This document shows, piece after piece, positions 59,705 through 64,000 of a stretch of DNA of 64,000 bases. Positions within the stretch are counted from its first letter, which is position 1, and each line of letters starts with the position of its first letter. The translations under genes and the position numbers were made by a program. Under the pieces are notes generated by a model, which did not search any database, was not told where the DNA came from, and saw nothing but the letters and a program-made list of their open reading frames with translations. Source of the DNA: Meiothermus sp. (lineage in GTDB: Bacteria; Deinococcota; Deinococci; Deinococcales; Thermaceae); the NCBI GenBank assembly GCA_033762915.1, contig JANRLD010000094.1, positions 16,625 through 80,624 of the forward strand, written 5' to 3'.

Positions 59705-60259
59705 ATGCTAGATCGCGGCCTGATAATCAACTCTTCCGAGGTCCTCCTGCAAAGGCATGGAGAGCAGCTGAAGAGTTTGCTCGGCAAGGCTGTCGCAAGA
59801 ACCTGGTCGGTCTGGGATTCCGAACAAGACCAGTGGTTAGCCGACGAGGCGGTGGTGCTCGAGACCGAAGACTCGAGGCTGGAACTGGGGTTCATATACC
59901 TGGACAGCATCGCCGTGAGCTGGAATCAGATTGATCTATCCACCGCGCCAAGCTGGATGGTAGATTGGCAGGAATCACCCACGATTAAGTGGCGGTGCAA
60001 CCAGCCCAATGAGTTGGGAAGGGTTGTCGGCAAGACCATACGGCGGATTGCTGTGGTCGAATACCTGGATGAATTCACCGAGGTTGGGGATCATCCGAAT
60101 CCAGAAAAGGTTGGACGAAAGCTTACCCATTGGGGTTTGCACGGCTTGGAGTTCGACTTTGACGATGCCTGCTTGGCAATTTTCAACGACTTCGACAAAA
60201 CAGGGGTCTCATCGGAACCGCTGACAGGTGTTGAGTATCGAAGGATCGAGGTGCGCTGA
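59705..60259 (+). CDS. Hypothetical acidic protein
   Basis: 184-aa ORF in operon orientation, lower GC. Confidence 0.6.
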   Translation: MLDRGLIINSSEVLLQRHGEQLKSLLGKAVARTWSVWDSEQDQWLADEAVVLETEDSRLELGFIYLDSIAVSWNQIDLSTAPSWMVDWQESPTIKWRCNQPNELGRVVGKTIRRIAVVEYLDEFTEVGDHPNPEKVGRKLTHWGLHGLEFDFDDACLAIFNDFDKTGVSSEPLTGVEYRRIEVR

Positions 60260-60655
60260 ATGGCCGACTTCCGCCAAAACATCCAACCCGAGGGCATCTA
60301 CAGGCCCGCAACCTACGACCACGCCATCCGGGCGGGCAACACCCTCTACGTCGCCGGTCAGGTCGCTCGAGACATCAGCGGAAACCTGGTCGCCCCGAAC
60401 GATGCCGCAGGGCAGGCCCAGCAGGTGTACCACAACTTAGGCAAGGTGCTCGAGGCCGCCGGCGCGAAGCCCGAACACGTGGTCAAGGTGACCACCTACC
60501 TCACCGACCCCGCCGACTCGGGGGCGGTCAGCAAGGTGCGGCTTCAATTTTTCGGCACACACCGCCCGCCGCACACGGGCCTGATCGTGGCAGGTCTGGG
60601 TGGTCCAGAAGTGAAGGTCGAAGTCGAAGTTATTGCCGTGTTGCCCGAGGAGTGA
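60260..60655 (+). CDS. RidA/YjgF family protein
   Basis: LYVAGQVA, VVKVTTYL, VEVEVIA. Confidence 0.88.
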   Translation: MADFRQNIQPEGIYRPATYDHAIRAGNTLYVAGQVARDISGNLVAPNDAAGQAQQVYHNLGKVLEAAGAKPEHVVKVTTYLTDPADSGAVSKVRLQFFGTHRPPHTGLIVAGLGGPEVKVEVEVIAVLPEE

Positions 60656-60664
60656 TGACCTGAG

Positions 60665-62158
60665 ATGAGCGAAGCCGCCGACTTTCTACTGCTGGGAGGC
60701 ACCGTCGTGACCATGGACGGCCAGGACCGCGTGCTCGAGGACGCGGGCGTGGCGGTGCAGGGCGGGCGCATCGCGGCGGTGGATGGCAGCGACGCGCTGC
60801 GGTCGCGCTTCCCCGAGTTACCCGTCACCCTGGCCCAGCGCAAGGCCATCCTGCCGGGGCTGGTGGACACCTACGGGCACGCCGGGCACGGAATGATTAA
60901 GGGCTTCCACCACCCGGCGCACGGCTGGCCGGCGGGCTGGCTCTACTGGCACGCCACCACGCCCGACTGGTGGTACGCCGACGGACTGCTGGCGGCCCTC
61001 GAGCGGCTGCGCTTCGGGGTGACCACCGGCTTCTCGATCATCGGCTCCACCCCGGCCCGCAGCGACAATCCGCTCTACGCCCACCGCCATGCCGAGGCCT
61101 ACGCCCAGGTGGGGGTGCGGGCGGTGCTGGGGGTGGGCGCACCCGACCCCTTCTTCAGCCACCTCAGCACCGATCCCTGGAGCGGCTCGCACTGGGAGGA
61201 AGGCCGCTGGGTCGAGCGCACCTTCACCTACGACGACGCCATAAACAATGCCCTCCAAACCGTGCGCGACTGGCACGGCGGGGCCGATGGGCGGGTGCGC
61301 ATCGCGCTGGCCTCGGCCTACCTGCTGGGCCGTCACATGCCCCACCCGCGCCTGACCTACCAACTGCCCGAGGGCGCCGCGCCGACTATTCTGGAGAAGG
61401 CCCTCGAGCTGCGCGAGCTGGCCAGCCGCCACGGGCTGCTGATCCACACCCACATGTTCAAGGGCTCGGTGCGCTACGGCCTCGAGCGGTTCGGGCGCGA
61501 GGCCTTGGGTCAAATCCTCGGCCCCGACGTGGTGATCGCCCACGCCAACGCCCTGGAACCCGACGAGGTCGAGGTGCTGGGTGCTACCGGCTGCAACATC
61601 GCGCTGGTGGCCTACACCGCCGAGAACGTCCACTACGGCTTCGCCCCCATCGTCGAGTTGCTGGAGGCCGGGGCCAACGTCACCATCTCCACCGACGGCA
61701 GCGCCCCCTACATGAGCTTCGACCTCTGGCAGGACGTTAAGCGCACCCTCTGGCACGCCTGGCTCTCGCACCGCACCCAGCGGGTGCTGCCGCCGGGCCG
61801 GGCGCTGCGGATGGTGACCATCGACGCCGCCCGGGCCATGGGGATGGAGAACGAGGTGGGAAGCCTCGAGGTGGGCAAGCGGGCCGACCTGATCACCGTC
61901 AACCTCGACCAGCCCCACCTCACCCCGCGCACCTTCCTGCCCCAGCAGCTGGCCTACTACGCCACCGGTCAGGACGTGAGCGAGGTCTGGGTGGAGGGCA
62001 AGCAACTGCTGAAAGAAGGCCGGGTACTGGGCGTGGACGTGGAGGGGGCGCTCGAGCTGGCCCGAGAAGAGGCCGGCAAGTCTTTCGAGCGGGCCGGAAA
62101 GCACCTCGAGCCCTTCCTGCACCCCGCCGAGGGGTTCTGGCGCGAGGCCAGGTACTAA
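60665..62158 (+). CDS. Amidohydrolase (SsnA/MTA-SAH deaminase-like) with atypical metal motif
   Basis: PGLVDTYGH, HTH, ISTDG, GSLEVGKRAD. Confidence 0.85.
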   Translation: MSEAADFLLLGGTVVTMDGQDRVLEDAGVAVQGGRIAAVDGSDALRSRFPELPVTLAQRKAILPGLVDTYGHAGHGMIKGFHHPAHGWPAGWLYWHATTPDWWYADGLLAALERLRFGVTTGFSIIGSTPARSDNPLYAHRHAEAYAQVGVRAVLGVGAPDPFFSHLSTDPWSGSHWEEGRWVERTFTYDDAINNALQTVRDWHGGADGRVRIALASAYLLGRHMPHPRLTYQLPEGAAPTILEKALELRELASRHGLLIHTHMFKGSVRYGLERFGREALGQILGPDVVIAHANALEPDEVEVLGATGCNIALVAYTAENVHYGFAPIVELLEAGANVTISTDGSAPYMSFDLWQDVKRTLWHAWLSHRTQRVLPPGRALRMVTIDAARAMGMENEVGSLEVGKRADLITVNLDQPHLTPRTFLPQQLAYYATGQDVSEVWVEGKQLLKEGRVLGVDVEGALELAREEAGKSFERAGKHLEPFLHPAEGFWREARY

Positions 62159-62285
62159 GGCGCCATGGTGAGTTTGCGAGATCCTCAACGCGACCCCGGC
62201 GGCGGGCGGCCTGCAGGCGCAATCCCCCACGGGCTACCGAGCGGCATTTCGCATCTCAGCTACAGAGACACTTAACGGGAGAGAC

Positions 62286-63785
62286 ATGAGCGCGTATACC
62301 GAGCTGTCCGAGTACATCGCCGAGGTCAACGACCTCCTCAACACTATCTCAATCCTCAACTGGGACGCCCGCACCCAGATGCCGGTGGGCGGCACCGAGA
62401 CGAGGGGCAAGCAGCTCGCCACCCTTTCGGCCATCGCCCAGGAGCGCCTGACCGCCGACCGGCTGCGCTCGCTCTTGGACAAGGCCGAGGCCGAGGTGGG
62501 GGGCCTGCCGCCCGAGTCCACCGAGCGCCGCAGCGTGGAGGCGGTGCGCGAGGCCAGCGAGCTGTTCCGCCGCACTCCACCCCAGCTCACCCGCGAGCTG
62601 GCGAATCTGCGCTCGGTGGCAGGCAAGACCTGGGCCGAGGCCAAGGCCACCAATAACTTTGCCCACTTCGCGCCCGACCTCGAGCGGATGTTCGCCCTCA
62701 ACCGCGAGTTCGCCCAGTCCATCGGCTACGCCGAGCACCCCTACGACGCCATGCTCACCCTCTACGAGCCGGGCATGACCGCCGCGCGGCTGCAAACCCT
62801 GTTCGCCGGGCTGCGCGAACGGGTGGTGCCGCTGCTGCGCGCCATCGTGAACTCCGGTCGCACACCCCGCACCGATTTCCTCGAGCACCACTACCCGGTC
62901 GAGCTACAGCGGGATTTCTCGCTGGAGGTGGCCCAGTCCTTCGGCTTCGACCTGAGCCGGGGCCGGCTCGACGAGTCGCTGCACCCCTTCGAGATTTCCT
63001 TTACCCGCAACGACGTGCGGATGACCACCCGCTACAACCCGCGCTTCCTCCCCACCGCCCTCTTCGGGGTGCTGCACGAGGCCGGCCACGGGTTATACGA
63101 TCAGGGCCTGCCTGCCGACCAGTTCGGCCTGCCGACCGGCACCTTCTGCTCGCTGGGCATCCACGAGTCGCAGTCGCGGCTGTGGGAAAATCAGGTCGGC
63201 CGGGGCGGCCCGTTCTGGGACCACTTCTTCCCGCGCGCCCGCCAGGCGTTCGCCTGCCTGCGTGACGTGAAGCCGGGGGACTGGCTGTTCGCGATCAACG
63301 ACGTGCGGCCGTCGCTGATCCGCGTCGAGGCCGACGAGGCGACCTACAACCTGCACATCATCCTCCGCTTCGAGCTGGAGCAGGCGCTGGTGAGCGGCGA
63401 CCTGCCCGCCGGCGACGTGCCCGGGGCCTGGAACGAGAAGGTCCAGTCGGCCCTGGGGCTGACGCCGCCCGACGACGCCCGCGGCTGCCTGCAGGACATC
63501 CACTGGAGCTTCGGCGGCATGGGCTACTTCGCCACCTACACGCTGGGGAACCTGCTCGCCGCGCAGCTGATGGAGGCCCTGCGCGACGACCTGCCGGGGC
63601 TGGACGACGACGCCCGCGCCGGCGACTTCTCCCGCGTGAAGGGGTGGCTCAACGACAACGTCCACGCCCACGGCCAGCGCTTCCGCGCCGCCGAGCTGTG
63701 CCGCCGGGCCACCGGCCGGCCGCTGGGGCACGAGGCCCTCGTGCGGCACCTCCGCGCGCGCTACGCGCCGCTGTACGGCCTCTGA
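62286..63785 (+). CDS. M32 thermostable carboxypeptidase (possibly chimeric)
   Basis: HPF, HEAGH, HESQ, IRVEADE, QDIHW, GYFATY. Confidence 0.9.
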   Translation: MSAYTELSEYIAEVNDLLNTISILNWDARTQMPVGGTETRGKQLATLSAIAQERLTADRLRSLLDKAEAEVGGLPPESTERRSVEAVREASELFRRTPPQLTRELANLRSVAGKTWAEAKATNNFAHFAPDLERMFALNREFAQSIGYAEHPYDAMLTLYEPGMTAARLQTLFAGLRERVVPLLRAIVNSGRTPRTDFLEHHYPVELQRDFSLEVAQSFGFDLSRGRLDESLHPFEISFTRNDVRMTTRYNPRFLPTALFGVLHEAGHGLYDQGLPADQFGLPTGTFCSLGIHESQSRLWENQVGRGGPFWDHFFPRARQAFACLRDVKPGDWLFAINDVRPSLIRVEADEATYNLHIILRFELEQALVSGDLPAGDVPGAWNEKVQSALGLTPPDDARGCLQDIHWSFGGMGYFATYTLGNLLAAQLMEALRDDLPGLDDDARAGDFSRVKGWLNDNVHAHGQRFRAAELCRRATGRPLGHEALVRHLRARYAPLYGL

Positions 63786-63862
63786 GCCGGGGTTGCCGGC
63801 GGGCGGCGGGGCGGGCCATAATGGGGCGTGGGTGTGGCCCCGCGCCCGGGAGGGCCGCCGCC

Positions 63863-64000
63863 GTGGACCTCGACGCCAACCTCTGCCTGTGCTTCCGCGT
63901 CAGCCGGCGCAAGCTGCTGTCGTACCTCCGCGCCGAGCGGCCCCGGGTGGCGTCGCAGCTGGCCGGGTGCGGCGGCGCCGGCACCGGCTGCGGCTGGTGC
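63863..64000 (+). CDS. BFD-like (2Fe-2S)-binding protein, partial
   Basis: MDLDANLCLCFRVSRRKL...GAGTGCGWC: CxC...CxxC. Confidence 0.7.
   Translation, partial: MDLDANLCLCFRVSRRKLLSYLRAERPRVASQLAGCGGAGTGCGWC

Noticed and set aside
38895..63785. Secondary-metabolite biosynthetic cluster
   Set aside because: No scaffold-forming enzyme (NRPS, PKS, ATP-grasp, CDPS) and no exporter; an importer plus many hydrolases points to catabolism.

Overview
High-GC DNA that looks like Deinococcus-Thermus (Meiothermus/Calidithermus-like): gene content fits and the palindrome CTCGAG is very frequent. The window has four parts. (1) 1-11 kb: housekeeping genes (cinA, ygfZ/gcvT-like, cobB, nnr, thrB and others). 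(2) 11-22.3 kb: an accessory island with an IS110-family element and a tandem array of five lipoprotein S8 subtilases, plus a relic of a sixth. The IS110 bridge RNA, junction promoter and target/donor guides can be read directly from the sequence, and its recombinase is frameshifted by an 8-bp duplication. The subtilases share a Trp-rich heptad repeat and a conserved upstream motif but carry different C-terminal modules. (3) 22.4-38.7 kb: mixed genes (aeRF1-like/Balon-like protein, ExeM/NucH nuclease, GGDEF protein, fumC, sodA). (4) 38.8-63.8 kb: a GntR-led, uncharacterised catabolic/transport cluster of about 20 genes. The last ~0.9 kb appears to switch to DNA from a different lineage (Planctomycete-like) inside an M32 carboxypeptidase gene, suggesting a chimeric join. 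No rRNA, tRNA or CRISPR array was seen. Family assignments come from motif recognition by eye, not database searches.
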